DNA from: Alphaproteobacteria bacterium
Lineage (GTDB): Bacteria > Pseudomonadota > Alphaproteobacteria > GM7ARS4 > G965262615
Assembly (NCBI GenBank): GCA_965262615.1
Contig: OZ253545.1
Span: 736,001-800,000, forward strand
Direction: 5' to 3'
Length of the DNA: 64,000 bases
Positions 48,333-58,123 of the stretch are shown one piece after another. Below the pieces are notes generated by a model that was not told the origin of the DNA, ran no database searches, and saw only the letters and a list, made by a program, of their open reading frames with translations. Each line of letters starts with the position of its first letter. Position 1 is the stretch's first letter. Position numbers and translations under genes: made by a program.

Positions 48333-49249
48333 GTGAGGTAGAGCCTCGCCCAATCGGGCGGCAAATCAACAATTGAAGTGGTGATGCGGGCATTGATATC
48401 CGCCACCCACCATCGCTCGTCTTGTTCAATCACATCCACCCCCACCATGCCACTGAGCGGCATGACCGCTCCCATCGTGCGTGCCAGTTGCTCGCCTTTG
48501 GCGCGTGCCTCATCATCACCGATGGCGACATCAATGGTTTGCAGAGTCATGCGTCCTTGTCCATCGGTCACCATGTGCTGGCGATTGACGGCAAGACAGG
48601 TGACGCGTTCCGCACCATAAAACAATGAAAGACTCAATGTGTCCCCCGCCATGAAGGGTGTGGCAATCCAATGGACATGATCATCGGCATCGTGCGGCGG
48701 GCGAAACGCGCGGCAATCACGGTCGCTCACATGAACATTAAAAAGACACCCCGCGCCGTCATCAGGCTTGATGACCCACCCCGCAGCGTTTGGTCGTGAG
48801 GGCAGTGCGTACACATCATAGACGGGAATCATATCAAGGTGGGCTGAGAGGTGTTTATAGCTGCGCTTTTTGCTACTGGCAATATTGATGGATGTCTTAT
48901 CACTGAGCCACAGACGACAAGAGGCGGGTGCAATATCGCAACATGAGAGCAGCGCGCCATCGGTCTCTGGCGCAATGGGCAACAGGGCATCATACTGATG
49001 GCAATGCTTGCGCCATTGCTCAAAAGGATTGTCATCGTGAATCATGACGGCGGCATCTTCATGAGCAGGATGCGGCGGCAGGCGATCATCACGGCTATAG
49101 CCGAGCGTGATGTCGTGCTGGCGAAATTCACGCAGCAGCGCGCCCAGCATGGCATCGCCCTCGGCAAGCAAGGATGGCGGCACGAGCTCTTGTCTCATGC
49201 CGCCGCCCCCCACATACTCCACGATGAAGAGTTTTGTCGGTTTTGTCAT
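48329..49249 (-). CDS. ATP-grasp protein (MfnD-like ligase)
   Basis: EYVGGGG, LLAEG.AML, IAPETDG, IKPDDGAGC, NRQ, INARITTS. Confidence 0.82.
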   Translation of the reverse strand: MTKPTKLFIVEYVGGGGMRQELVPPSLLAEGDAMLGALLREFRQHDITLGYSRDDRLPPHPAHEDAAVMIHDDNPFEQWRKHCHQYDALLPIAPETDGALLSCCDIAPASCRLWLSDKTSINIASSKKRSYKHLSAHLDMIPVYDVYALPSRPNAAGWVIKPDDGAGCLFNVHVSDRDCRAFRPPHDADDHVHWIATPFMAGDTLSLSLFYGAERVTCLAVNRQHMVTDGQGRMTLQTIDVAIGDDEARAKGEQLARTMGAVMPLSGMVGVDVIEQDERWWVADINARITTSIVDLPPDWARLYLT

Positions 49250-49260
49250 TGGAGAAATCA

Positions 49261-49965
49261 TTGACGCACTTTAACAGAGAGGATTTTTTTGTGGTAGCGG
49301 TGCTGGACGCGCGTCATCGCTGTGTGGTCAAGGCGAATGCGGCGCGTGGGCGGGGCGGATACTATCCATTGCGCCATCATGCTATTGCCTTGCCCACCAC
49401 CGAACGGGTGGTGGATTATTTTCACAAAATGGGAATCAGGAAATTTTATCTTGCCGAATTGACCATGATTCGCGATGGCATCACGCGCCGCCAAGCTTCT
49501 GCGGTCATGCGTCTGGCGCGCCGTCTCCGACATTGCGAATTTTGGCTGGACGGCGGATTTCGTGTCTGGCAGGATGCTCGTTATTTTTTGCCGCAGCGCA
49601 ACATTCATATCATCGCCGCCAGTGAGACTTTGCGCGCCATGCGTCAGTATGATGTGCTACGGCGCATGTTTGGCACGCGGCTCATTGTGTCACTGGACTA
49701 TGAAGCCCATGGACGCTTGCGCGGTCTGGATGCCTTGCGTCTTGCCTCATCCGTGTGGTGGAAACAGCGAGTGATTGTCATGGCATTAAGATTGATTGGC
49801 ACAGCCCGTGGCATGAAATCATCGCCTCTTTGCACATTGCGCGTGCATGGACGCTCTGTGATCCTCATTCAAGGCGGCGGTGTGCGATGCGCGCAAGATG
49901 TGGATTTTCTCAAAACGCACAACGCCAAAGGCGCACTCATCGCCAGTGCATTGTATGAAACATAA
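49261..49965 (+). CDS. HisA/HisF-like TIM-barrel protein of the C1 cofactor cluster (Orf17-like), divergent
   Basis: VLD..VVKA..RG..YYP, YLAEL, WLDGG, ASETL, VSLD, GGGVR, ALIASAL; start uncertain. Confidence 0.72.
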   Translation: MTHFNREDFFVVAVLDARHRCVVKANAARGRGGYYPLRHHAIALPTTERVVDYFHKMGIRKFYLAELTMIRDGITRRQASAVMRLARRLRHCEFWLDGGFRVWQDARYFLPQRNIHIIAASETLRAMRQYDVLRRMFGTRLIVSLDYEAHGRLRGLDALRLASSVWWKQRVIVMALRLIGTARGMKSSPLCTLRVHGRSVILIQGGGVRCAQDVDFLKTHNAKGALIASALYET

Positions 49966-49984
49966 TATTTCTTTTGCTGTTATC

Positions 49985-50092
49985 TTGACACTCTTTTCTT
50001 TTATTACATAATGATTTTGCAGGTGGTTCGCTTCTCAAGGCTGGGATGTCCGACACCTGCCAATTTGTTGTGAACGGTGCATGATTTTTTTT
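49985..50092 (+). ncRNA. Orphan promoter (TTGACA-16-CATAAT) followed by a hairpin: candidate sRNA 50019-50092
   Basis: GCAGGTG/CACCTGC-closed imperfect stem begins at the expected TSS; T8 at the end; no + strand gene downstream. Confidence 0.35.
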
Positions 50093-50119
50093 GAAACGGA
50101 ACGGTTCATCGCCGAAAGG

Positions 50120-51823
50120 TTATGGCGTGGGTTTCAATAGGGCGATGGCTTCTTGGTTGTCTTTGAGTACTGCATTTTGTTGCAAGACTTCATAGGGGGG
50201 GCAACCAAACCTGTCTTCGGCTTTAACATCCGCGCCCGCTTTTATGAGTTCTCCAATGGCATCAATGCTTATATTCATGAGTGCGGCATAATGAAGTGGT
50301 GTGTGACCATTATTGTTTCTGACATTAAGATCTGCTCCTGCTTTAGTGAGCTCTCTGATGAGATGAGCATTGTCACTTAATGCAGCAGCGTGAAGTGGTG
50401 CGAAGCCATCTTCGCTTTTTGCATGAATGTCTGCTCCCGCCCTGATGAGTTCTTTGATGACATGAACATTGCCACTATTTGAAACAACAACATGAAGTGG
50501 TGTGTGACCAATGTTGTTTTTGGCATTGACATCTGCCCCTGTGTTGATGAGTTCTTTGATGACATGGACATTGTCATTGTGTTCAGCAGCAGTATGAAGA
50601 GGTGTAACATCATTGTTGGTTTTGGCATTGATATCTGCCCCTGCGTTGATGAGTTCTTTGAAGATATGAGCATTGTCATTGTTTTTAGCAGCTAGATGAA
50701 GTGGTGTGCCACCATCGTTGTTTTTAGCATGAATGTCTGCTCCTGCGTTGATGAGTTCCTTGATGACATGAGGATTGTCATTTTTCCCAGCAGCATAATG
50801 AAGTGGTGTGAGATCATTGTTTTTGTTCTTGGCATTAACATCTGCTCCTGCTTTAATGAGTTCTTTGATGACATGAACATTGACATTGTTTGCAGCAGCA
50901 TAATGAAGTGGTGTGAGATCATTGTTGTTGCTTTTGTCGTGAATATCTGCTCCTGCATTGATGAGTTCTTTGATGACATGAACATTGACATTGTTTACAG
51001 CAGCAACATGAAGTGGTGTGTGACCATTGTTTTCTCTAGCACTAACATCTGCTCCCGCTTCAATGAGCTCCCTAATAGCCTTAATGCTTGCACCATGTAA
51101 TGTGGCACCATGAAGTGGTGTGCTACCATTGTTGTCTTTTGCATTGACATCTGCTCCTGCGTTGATGAGTTCTTTGATTATATGAGGATTGTCTTTTAAA
51201 GCAGCAACATGAAGTGGTGTAGAACCATTTTCGTTTTTGGCATTGACATCTGCTCCTGCGTTGATGAGTTCTTTTATGAGTTCTTTGGTGACCTGAGGAT
51301 TGTCATCGATGACATCAGGATTGTCATTGTATCCAGTAGTAGCATAATGAAGTGGAGTGAGACCATCGTTGCTTTTGGCATGGGTGTCTGCTCCCGCTTT
51401 TATGAGTTCTTTGAGGGCATAAGAATTGTTATTGAATGCGGCACAATGAAGTGGAGTGAGACCATCGTTGCTTTTGGCATGGATGTCTGCTCCCGCTTTT
51501 ATGAGTTCCCCAATAACTTTAATGCTGATATTTGTGAACGCAGCACAATGAAGTGGTGTGCCGCCCCATTTGTCTTTGGCATGAATGTCTGCCCCTGCAT
51601 TGATGAGTTTTTTGATGACATGAGGATTGCGATTGTTTGTAGCGGCACAATGAAGTGGTGTGCTATCATTGTTACCTTCGGCATTGACATCAACCCCAGC
51701 TGCAATGAATTTTTGCAATTGCTCAAGCGTTAGTTCTTTCCAAAAATGGTCGTCTTGCCACTTACTCCATCCACCATCAGCGATGTTTCGCAATTGAGCG
51801 AGTAGTTTTTCTTTGATGCCCAT
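50120..51823 (-). CDS. Ankyrin repeat protein (14 clear repeats plus 1 degenerate)
   Basis: Repeated TPLH.AA....VIKELINAGADVNAK; low GC; no signal peptide. Confidence 0.97.
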   Translation of the reverse strand: MGIKEKLLAQLRNIADGGWSKWQDDHFWKELTLEQLQKFIAAGVDVNAEGNNDSTPLHCAATNNRNPHVIKKLINAGADIHAKDKWGGTPLHCAAFTNISIKVIGELIKAGADIHAKSNDGLTPLHCAAFNNNSYALKELIKAGADTHAKSNDGLTPLHYATTGYNDNPDVIDDNPQVTKELIKELINAGADVNAKNENGSTPLHVAALKDNPHIIKELINAGADVNAKDNNGSTPLHGATLHGASIKAIRELIEAGADVSARENNGHTPLHVAAVNNVNVHVIKELINAGADIHDKSNNNDLTPLHYAAANNVNVHVIKELIKAGADVNAKNKNNDLTPLHYAAGKNDNPHVIKELINAGADIHAKNNDGGTPLHLAAKNNDNAHIFKELINAGADINAKTNNDVTPLHTAAEHNDNVHVIKELINTGADVNAKNNIGHTPLHVVVSNSGNVHVIKELIRAGADIHAKSEDGFAPLHAAALSDNAHLIRELTKAGADLNVRNNNGHTPLHYAALMNISIDAIGELIKAGADVKAEDRFGCPPYEVLQQNAVLKDNQEAIALLKPTP

Positions 51824-51963
51824 TGGTTAGGTTCTCCTCATTGCTTGTGTTATCCACCATACCACACATCGTGTGCATATTTTTCAACATAAAGCTTCGT
51901 TAATGTGCATACAAGAGGTTGCACTTTATATCCAAGCTGCTAATGTGAATTCAGGATCAGCTT

Positions 51964-53271
51964 ATGAAGCCTTTGCAGCAAGCCCATCCGTCATTGCGTG
52001 AACACATTCCCCTCAAGGAATTCGAGGCGGTGCGCTCCATGACCGACCACCTCATAGAACCCCTGTCGCCCGAAGACATGGTGGTGCAATCCATGACCGA
52101 TGCCAGCCCCGCCAAGTGGCACATCGCCCATGTGAGCTGGTTCTTTGAAGAATTTTTGCTCGTGCCTTTTTGTCCCAACTATCAACGCTATCATCCTCAT
52201 TACGCCTTTTTTTATAACTCCTATTATAATGCGGTGGGGGAGCGGTGGGTGCGCCCTCACAGAGGATTGCAGACCAAGCCATCCATTGATGAGGTCATTG
52301 AGTATCGCCATCACATCACCCACACCATGACCTCTTTCATTCACCAATGTCAAAAGGGTGACATCAAGGCTGATTTTTTGCCTGATATCATTCACCGCAT
52401 TCACATTGGGATTCATCACGAACAGCAGCATCAGGAATTGTTGCTCATGGATATTTTGCATGTGTTTTCGCACAATCCTCTGTCGCCTGCGTATCGTCCG
52501 TCCACGCCGGCGGTGATGCGTGATGCCACGCCTCTCACCTGGCACGATTATGAGGGCGGCATGACCGCCATTGGGCATGACGGCGATGACTTTTGTTATG
52601 ATCACGAAAAACCGTATCATCGCTGTTTTCTCAATCCCTACCAGCTGGCGCATCGTCCTGTGACCAATGGCGAGTGGCTGGACTTCATTGAGGATGGCGG
52701 CTATGAGCGTCATGAATTGTGGCTCTCGGACGGATGGGATTATGTGTCGCATCATGATGTGCGCCATCCTCTGTATTGGCAGCGGCACAGCGAAGGCGAG
52801 TGGAGCGTCATGACGCTGCACGGCATGATGCCCATCAATCTTCATGCCTCTGTGGTGCATATCAGCTATTATGAGGCAATGGCGTTTGCCCGCTGGATGG
52901 ATGCCCGTCTGCCCACCGAAGCCGAATGGGAACACGCCGCACGGCAAAGTCATCACACGGGGGCTTTTTTGGAAGATGAGTGCCTCTATTCTCAAGCCCT
53001 GCCCCATGACGATGGCAGCATGCAGACGATGCTGGGCGGCGTTTGGGAATGGACCATGAGCGCGTTTCTGCCCTATCACGGCTACCGAGCTCCTGAAGGG
53101 GCGATTGGCGAATACAACGCCAAATTTATGTCGGGACAAATGATTATGCGCGGCGGCAGCTTTGGCACGGCACGGCAGCACATGCGTCATTCCTATCGTA
53201 ACTTTTTTTATCCTGCCATGCGCTGGCAGTTTGGAGGCGTGAGACTCGCGCGTGATGAAGCTCGTTCATGA
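51964..53271 (+). CDS. egtB: Ergothioneine sulfoxide synthase
   Basis: QSMTDASPAKWHIAH, HHEQQHQEL, FGE-sulfatase-like RLPTEAEWE, EYNAKFM, YRNFF. Confidence 0.95.
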   Translation: MKPLQQAHPSLREHIPLKEFEAVRSMTDHLIEPLSPEDMVVQSMTDASPAKWHIAHVSWFFEEFLLVPFCPNYQRYHPHYAFFYNSYYNAVGERWVRPHRGLQTKPSIDEVIEYRHHITHTMTSFIHQCQKGDIKADFLPDIIHRIHIGIHHEQQHQELLLMDILHVFSHNPLSPAYRPSTPAVMRDATPLTWHDYEGGMTAIGHDGDDFCYDHEKPYHRCFLNPYQLAHRPVTNGEWLDFIEDGGYERHELWLSDGWDYVSHHDVRHPLYWQRHSEGEWSVMTLHGMMPINLHASVVHISYYEAMAFARWMDARLPTEAEWEHAARQSHHTGAFLEDECLYSQALPHDDGSMQTMLGGVWEWTMSAFLPYHGYRAPEGAIGEYNAKFMSGQMIMRGGSFGTARQHMRHSYRNFFYPAMRWQFGGVRLARDEARS

Positions 53272-54227
53272 CACAAATTCACACCCAACATAATAACCAA
53301 CACGACCAATTTCGGCGTGATGTCATTGATGGACTCTCGCACCAAAAAAAGTCCATCCCCAGTAAGTATCTCTACGATACCCAAGGCGCGCGTCTGTTTG
53401 AAAAAATCTGCGACCTGGATGAGTATTATCTGACTCGTGCCGAACTGCGTCTGCTCAAGCGTCATGCCGATGATTTGCGCGCCATGACCACCGACTCTGT
53501 CTGTATTGTGGAATTCGGCAGTGGGGCGACCAGAAAAATTCGCATTTTGCTGGATGCCTTCGGCGGCGGTGTCACCTACATTCCTGTGGATATTTGTCAG
53601 CACTATTTGGATGAATCGGTGTCTGATTTGCGTGAGGATTTTGCCGACATGGCGATTGTGCCGTTTTTGGGTGATTTTAATGAGCCACTGGCATTGCCTC
53701 TTCCACACGGCAGGCATCATTTGTTGGGATTTTTCTCTGGCTCTACCATTGGCAATTTGACCCAAGACCAACGGGTGCATTTTTTGTGCAATGCGCGTGA
53801 GACCCTTGGTGATGGCAGTCACTTGTTGCTGGCGGCGGATTTGCGAAAAAGTGAGGAGATTTTGCACTGTGCCTACAATGACAAAGAAGGCGTGACGGCG
53901 GCGTTTAATCTCAATTTGCTGGCGCGCGCCAATCGCGATCTCAATGCCGATTTTGACCTGCGCTCCTTCAAACACGAGAGCATCTGGAATGATGCCGATG
54001 GACGCATAGAGATGCATCTGGTGTCACTGCAACAGCAGAATGTGCGCATTGATGGTCATTCGTTTTCTTTTGCCGAAGGTGAGACGATTCACACGGAGAA
54101 TTCTCACAAATTCACCCGTCCTCAATTGGAAGAGCTGGTTGCGCGGTGCGGTTGGCATCTTGAGCATCACTGGCTGGACGATGAGCTGCCCTTTAGTTTG
54201 AATGTCTTGACGGCGGCTGAAAAATAA
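53268..54227 (+). CDS. egtD: Histidine N-alpha-methyltransferase
   Basis: KYLYD..G..LFE.I..L.EYY.TR.E, GSTIGN, AYND..GVTAAFN.N, HTENSHKF. Confidence 0.95.
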   Translation: MTQIHTQHNNQHDQFRRDVIDGLSHQKKSIPSKYLYDTQGARLFEKICDLDEYYLTRAELRLLKRHADDLRAMTTDSVCIVEFGSGATRKIRILLDAFGGGVTYIPVDICQHYLDESVSDLREDFADMAIVPFLGDFNEPLALPLPHGRHHLLGFFSGSTIGNLTQDQRVHFLCNARETLGDGSHLLLAADLRKSEEILHCAYNDKEGVTAAFNLNLLARANRDLNADFDLRSFKHESIWNDADGRIEMHLVSLQQQNVRIDGHSFSFAEGETIHTENSHKFTRPQLEELVARCGWHLEHHWLDDELPFSLNVLTAAEK

Positions 54228-54280
54228 TGGTCTTGTCATGCCCATTCTATCCTATATGATAGGTAGAGGGTGAGTGAGAT

Positions 54281-55423
54281 ATGAGTAGCAGAGCAACGGT
54301 AGAGAATATCAATCCAACAATTCTGCGGCAGTGTCGCGAGCAGATGGGACTGAGCTTGGGTGATGTCCGCAAAAAAATCGCTTCAATTGAAAAAATTGAA
54401 AACGGCGATAAGAAGCCCACCTTTAATCAAATTGATCAACTTGCTGAACTCTATCTTGTGCCAAGATGGGTTTTTATTGCTGATAATTTGCCGCACGAAT
54501 ATCAATTTGATAAATCCATTCCCGCCTTTCGTCAATTTAAGGATTCCAATCATGATGTTTTTTCTGATTATAAGGTGCGCGCTCTGGTGACGCGTCTTGA
54601 GCGTATGCGTGAATTTGCCATTGAATTACGCCGTGATATGGATGAACCCATTGCTAGATTTAAACCACCCGCACAAGGGAGCACAATAGAACAGACGGCG
54701 GCGAATGTGCGTCGGTGGCTTGGTGTGACCGATGATGAACACCTTGAATTTGATGATTGGAGAGGCAAAATTGAACAAAAAAATATTTTTGTTTTCAAAA
54801 CGAATTCAATGAGCAATTGGTCAACAATAAGGCTTGATGAATTTTGTGGTTTTGCTTTGTATCATTCCGTATTCCCTGTTATTGTCATCAATGGTTCAGA
54901 TTGGAAAAAAACACAGTCCTTTACGCTTTTTCATGAATTGGGTCATGTTATGAGGAAGCAGAATGCCATGGATGGATGGAATTCCTATGGCGATGTAGAG
55001 CAATGGTGTAATGAATTGGCGGGTTGTGTTTTGATGCCAAGAAAATCTTTGGAAAAACAAGAATTATTGTCTTTTGATATAGACAATATAGAACAAATTG
55101 AAACGGCAGCTCGGAAATTCAAGGTGAGCATCTACGCTTTTTTGGTGAGGTTGCGTCAATTGGGTCAAATCAACAGGACGCAGTATTCCGATTTTGAAGA
55201 ACAAATGAGGGAAATCCATGAGCAGGAAAAGCTTGAGAAAAAAAAGGGGGAAGTGCGAATTCCGCGCAGGATTCCTCATGAAGTGATTCAACAGTATGGC
55301 AGCATCTACTTGAAGACATTGTTCCAAGCTTATTACGAAAAAGAGATTGGCTTGCATAGATTGTGCCAATTGTTGAGTGTCAAGAGAGCTTCATACATCA
55401 AAGATATAGAGGAAAAATTATGA
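54281..55423 (+). CDS. Xre HTH plus ImmA/IrrE metallopeptidase
   Basis: N-terminal HTH (IEKIENG.KKPT); FTLFHELGH; EQWCNELAG.VLMP; FKVS. Confidence 0.9.
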   Translation: MSSRATVENINPTILRQCREQMGLSLGDVRKKIASIEKIENGDKKPTFNQIDQLAELYLVPRWVFIADNLPHEYQFDKSIPAFRQFKDSNHDVFSDYKVRALVTRLERMREFAIELRRDMDEPIARFKPPAQGSTIEQTAANVRRWLGVTDDEHLEFDDWRGKIEQKNIFVFKTNSMSNWSTIRLDEFCGFALYHSVFPVIVINGSDWKKTQSFTLFHELGHVMRKQNAMDGWNSYGDVEQWCNELAGCVLMPRKSLEKQELLSFDIDNIEQIETAARKFKVSIYAFLVRLRQLGQINRTQYSDFEEQMREIHEQEKLEKKKGEVRIPRRIPHEVIQQYGSIYLKTLFQAYYEKEIGLHRLCQLLSVKRASYIKDIEEKL

Positions 55424-55920
55424 GGATTTTTTCTGTAAGCAATAGAGTGCATTTTTGTTTGGATGCCAATGTTTTTATGACAGCTTGGGATGACACTCAT
55501 CCAATTGGTATTTTTCAACCTTTGTGGCGTGAGATGGCAAACAAGAGAGACCGTATGATTTTGCTTAAACCTATTTATGATGAAATTGATCCCACAAGGA
55601 AAAAGAGTGAATTGAGAATGTGGTTAAAAGATAACAATTTTGTTCCCATACATATTGATGAGAAAAAAGTTCTTCAACAATTTCTAATTTTAGGAAGAAA
55701 ATATGAGATAAGGGAACATCCCAAAGGAGTAGGGACGAATGATTTAGTACTAATCGCTTATGCTAAGACTCACGGCAAAACAGTCGTCACTCTTGAGGCA
55801 GTACAGGAGAAATTGCCCCAAAAAAAGTGGAAGTACAAAATTCCTGCTGTTTGCAAGCAAGAGCAAGTTCCTTGTATCAATTTTATTGAGATGTTGCGGC
55901 GATTGAAAATTAAAGTTTAA
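55420..55920 (+). CDS. PIN-domain protein (DUF4411-like)
   Basis: CLDANVF, DLVLIAYA, VVTLE, KIPAVC; ATGA-coupled to the ImmA gene. Confidence 0.82.
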   Translation: MRIFSVSNRVHFCLDANVFMTAWDDTHPIGIFQPLWREMANKRDRMILLKPIYDEIDPTRKKSELRMWLKDNNFVPIHIDEKKVLQQFLILGRKYEIREHPKGVGTNDLVLIAYAKTHGKTVVTLEAVQEKLPQKKWKYKIPAVCKQEQVPCINFIEMLRRLKIKV

Positions 55921-55943
55921 GAACCGGTTCTGGCACATTTTGT

Positions 55944-56019
55944 TGGCTCCGGCGGCAGGACTTGAACCTGCGACCCAGCGGTTAACAGCCGCTTGCTCTA
56001 CCAACTGAGCTACACCGGA
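55944..56019 (-). tRNA. tRNA-Asn(GTT)
   Basis: TCCGGTGTAGCTCAGTTGGTAGAGC..GCGG-CTGTTAA-CCGC..GGTTCAAGTCC..CCGGAGCCA. Confidence 0.96.
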
Positions 56020-56079
56020 CCACCACGATGACTCTAGCAAAAAGGCGGGTCATCGCCAAGATGCTTGAGGCAAAAAAAG

Positions 56080-56150
56080 AGGCGCGAGTCGGAATCGAAC
56101 CGGCCTAGACGGATTTGCAGTCCGCTGCATAACCACTCTGCCATCGCGCC
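56080..56150 (-). tRNA. tRNA-Cys(GCA); CCA not encoded
   Basis: GGCGCGATGGCAGAGTGG..GCGGA-CTGCAAA-TCCGT..GGTTCGATTCC..CGCGCCT. Confidence 0.95.
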
Positions 56151-56162
56151 ACCATCCTTGTT

Positions 56163-57149
56163 TTAGCGTTCATCGTCTTGTGAGGCAAGAGAGGCATCAC
56201 GCCATGCCATCATTCGTGCCATGAGATGAGCGCGGTCATCGGCAATCACGCCCGCGCCCTCACACACCGCCGCCATGTGATTCACATCGTCACCACAATA
56301 CAAAACCACATCATGCCCCGCACGGCGCGCCGCGAATGCACGCTCCCCCATATCCATGCCATCCAAAGCTCCCATCGCCACATCATCGGTGATGATGATG
56401 CCGCCAAAGCCAATCTCTTGACGAATGACCTCACCCACCATTGTGGATGAATAGGTGACGGGCTGGTGACAATCAAAGGCATCATAGCGAATGTGTGCCG
56501 TCATGAGCCAGCCGTGTTCATGATGCGCCAGACTTTTGAAAGGAATCATATCATGGTTTCGCAATTCATCCTTGCTGGCATCCACAATGGGCAGGTCTTT
56601 GTGAGAATCCAGGCGCGCCCGTCCGTGTCCGATGGCGTGTTTCATGACCCACAACAGACCGTGATTATGCGCCGCCATAATCCATTGCTCCCCCAGTGCA
56701 CAGACGGTGGCAGGGTCGGAACTAAAGGCACGAGAGCCAATGATGTCATTGGCATAAGTTTGCGGCACATCCAAAACCGGCGCCGTGACCATATCAATGC
56801 CCACAGCGTGACAGTCGTGAGCGATTGTCTGCACGGTGCGCGCCAGTTTGGTGACGGCATCTTCGCGACCCTCCTCATAAAGTCGCCCCACATCAGCCGC
56901 CGCGGGCAGCTGCTGCCAATGAGGAGGCTTCATTCGCTGCACCTTGCCGCCTTCTTGGTCTATCATGATGAGGGCATGAGGCACGCAATCACGCAATTGG
57001 GCAATCAACTGACGCAAGCGGTCAGGATCGCGACAGTGGCGTTCAAATAAAATAAAACCACACGGCGGCATTCGGGTGAAAAGAGCGCGTTCCGATGAAG
57101 TGAGATGGTCATCGCGGCAGCTGAGAATCGCCGCTCGCGCACCCTCCAT
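56163..57149 (-). CDS. nagZ: Beta-N-acetylhexosaminidase (glycoside hydrolase family 3)
   Basis: IDQEGGKVQR, KHAIGHG...DSH, MTAH, ITDD. Confidence 0.92.
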   Translation of the reverse strand: MEGARAAILSCRDDHLTSSERALFTRMPPCGFILFERHCRDPDRLRQLIAQLRDCVPHALIMIDQEGGKVQRMKPPHWQQLPAAADVGRLYEEGREDAVTKLARTVQTIAHDCHAVGIDMVTAPVLDVPQTYANDIIGSRAFSSDPATVCALGEQWIMAAHNHGLLWVMKHAIGHGRARLDSHKDLPIVDASKDELRNHDMIPFKSLAHHEHGWLMTAHIRYDAFDCHQPVTYSSTMVGEVIRQEIGFGGIIITDDVAMGALDGMDMGERAFAARRAGHDVVLYCGDDVNHMAAVCEGAGVIADDRAHLMARMMAWRDASLASQDDER

Positions 57150-58123
57150 CACAATGCGCTGGGCTTGATGGGAACACAGCCAAAGCCCGCCGCCTGCAAG
57201 CTCACACACAAAATGCGCGCTTTTTCTTCATCATCAAAAGGACCCAAACGCAAACGATAGAGGATGCCACTGCTGCCATAATTCACAATGTTCACCGCAG
57301 GCGATAGGTTTTGCAACAAGGACGGATAGTGAGTTTTCAGACGCAACCACTCATTTTCCAATTGAAACTGATGACTAAAAGCTCCCAGCTGCACCTGATA
57401 GACATTGTTGGCAAAGGCTGTGCGCTTGAAGTCACGAGGCAGCTCATCATGATGAGGGGTGGTGGGCTGTTTTTCCTCTGAGGCGGCAGGAGTTTCGGCT
57501 TGAGCAACGATGGTGGGTTTTTGCATGGGGGACAGATGGGGAGGCGTAACGGTTGCCACTTTGGCGGGGGTCACAGAGCCACGAGGTTGTGGGGCAATCG
57601 TTGCCGAAGGGACGGCAACACCTTGTGATGATGCAGATGGTGGCGACAGTGAGCCAGAGGGAGTTGGCATTGTTTGACCGTTGGCTTTGTCCGCCAAAGC
57701 GGCGGCTTCATCAAAAGCCGCATCGCGCTGTTCTTTATTGACCATCGCATCTGACGCATCGTCTCGTGGCATCTCCACACGCACCTCTGAATTTTGTGGC
57801 ATCACCGTGGGGACCATGTCGTCATTCATCATGATTTCTTGTGGTGACTCACTTTCGTCCCCTGAGAAAAGGTCACTGATAAATGACAGCATTGACAAAG
57901 TGCCAAAGAGGGCTAACACCAGTAAAACATTGATGACCGCAAAGCCCTTGATGTCGGCTCTGGCAATCCAGTTGCGCATGGCTTGCATGGGCGTGAGATC
58001 TTCATCATCAAATGCAAATTGATTGGTTCTGATGTCTTGAGATTGGGGCCCTTGCGACTGCTGCTGGCGTAACGCCGCCATGCGATCATTCAAACTGCCG
58101 CCACCTGTGGGTGTTTCAGCCAT
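57149..58123 (-). CDS. SPOR-domain membrane protein
   Basis: Single TM, low-complexity linker, YQVQLGAF..YRLRLGPF..C..L..C. Confidence 0.88.
   Translation of the reverse strand: MAETPTGGGSLNDRMAALRQQQSQGPQSQDIRTNQFAFDDEDLTPMQAMRNWIARADIKGFAVINVLLVLALFGTLSMLSFISDLFSGDESESPQEIMMNDDMVPTVMPQNSEVRVEMPRDDASDAMVNKEQRDAAFDEAAALADKANGQTMPTPSGSLSPPSASSQGVAVPSATIAPQPRGSVTPAKVATVTPPHLSPMQKPTIVAQAETPAASEEKQPTTPHHDELPRDFKRTAFANNVYQVQLGAFSHQFQLENEWLRLKTHYPSLLQNLSPAVNIVNYGSSGILYRLRLGPFDDEEKARILCVSLQAAGFGCVPIKPSAL

Noticed and set aside
50280-51660. DGR template/variable repeats or a DNA repeat array
   Set aside because: Explained by ankyrin coding repeats; no reverse transcriptase present
51964-53271. Selenoneine synthase SenA or ovothiol OvoA
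   Set aside because: Paired with egtD; no senB/senC and no fused methyltransferase
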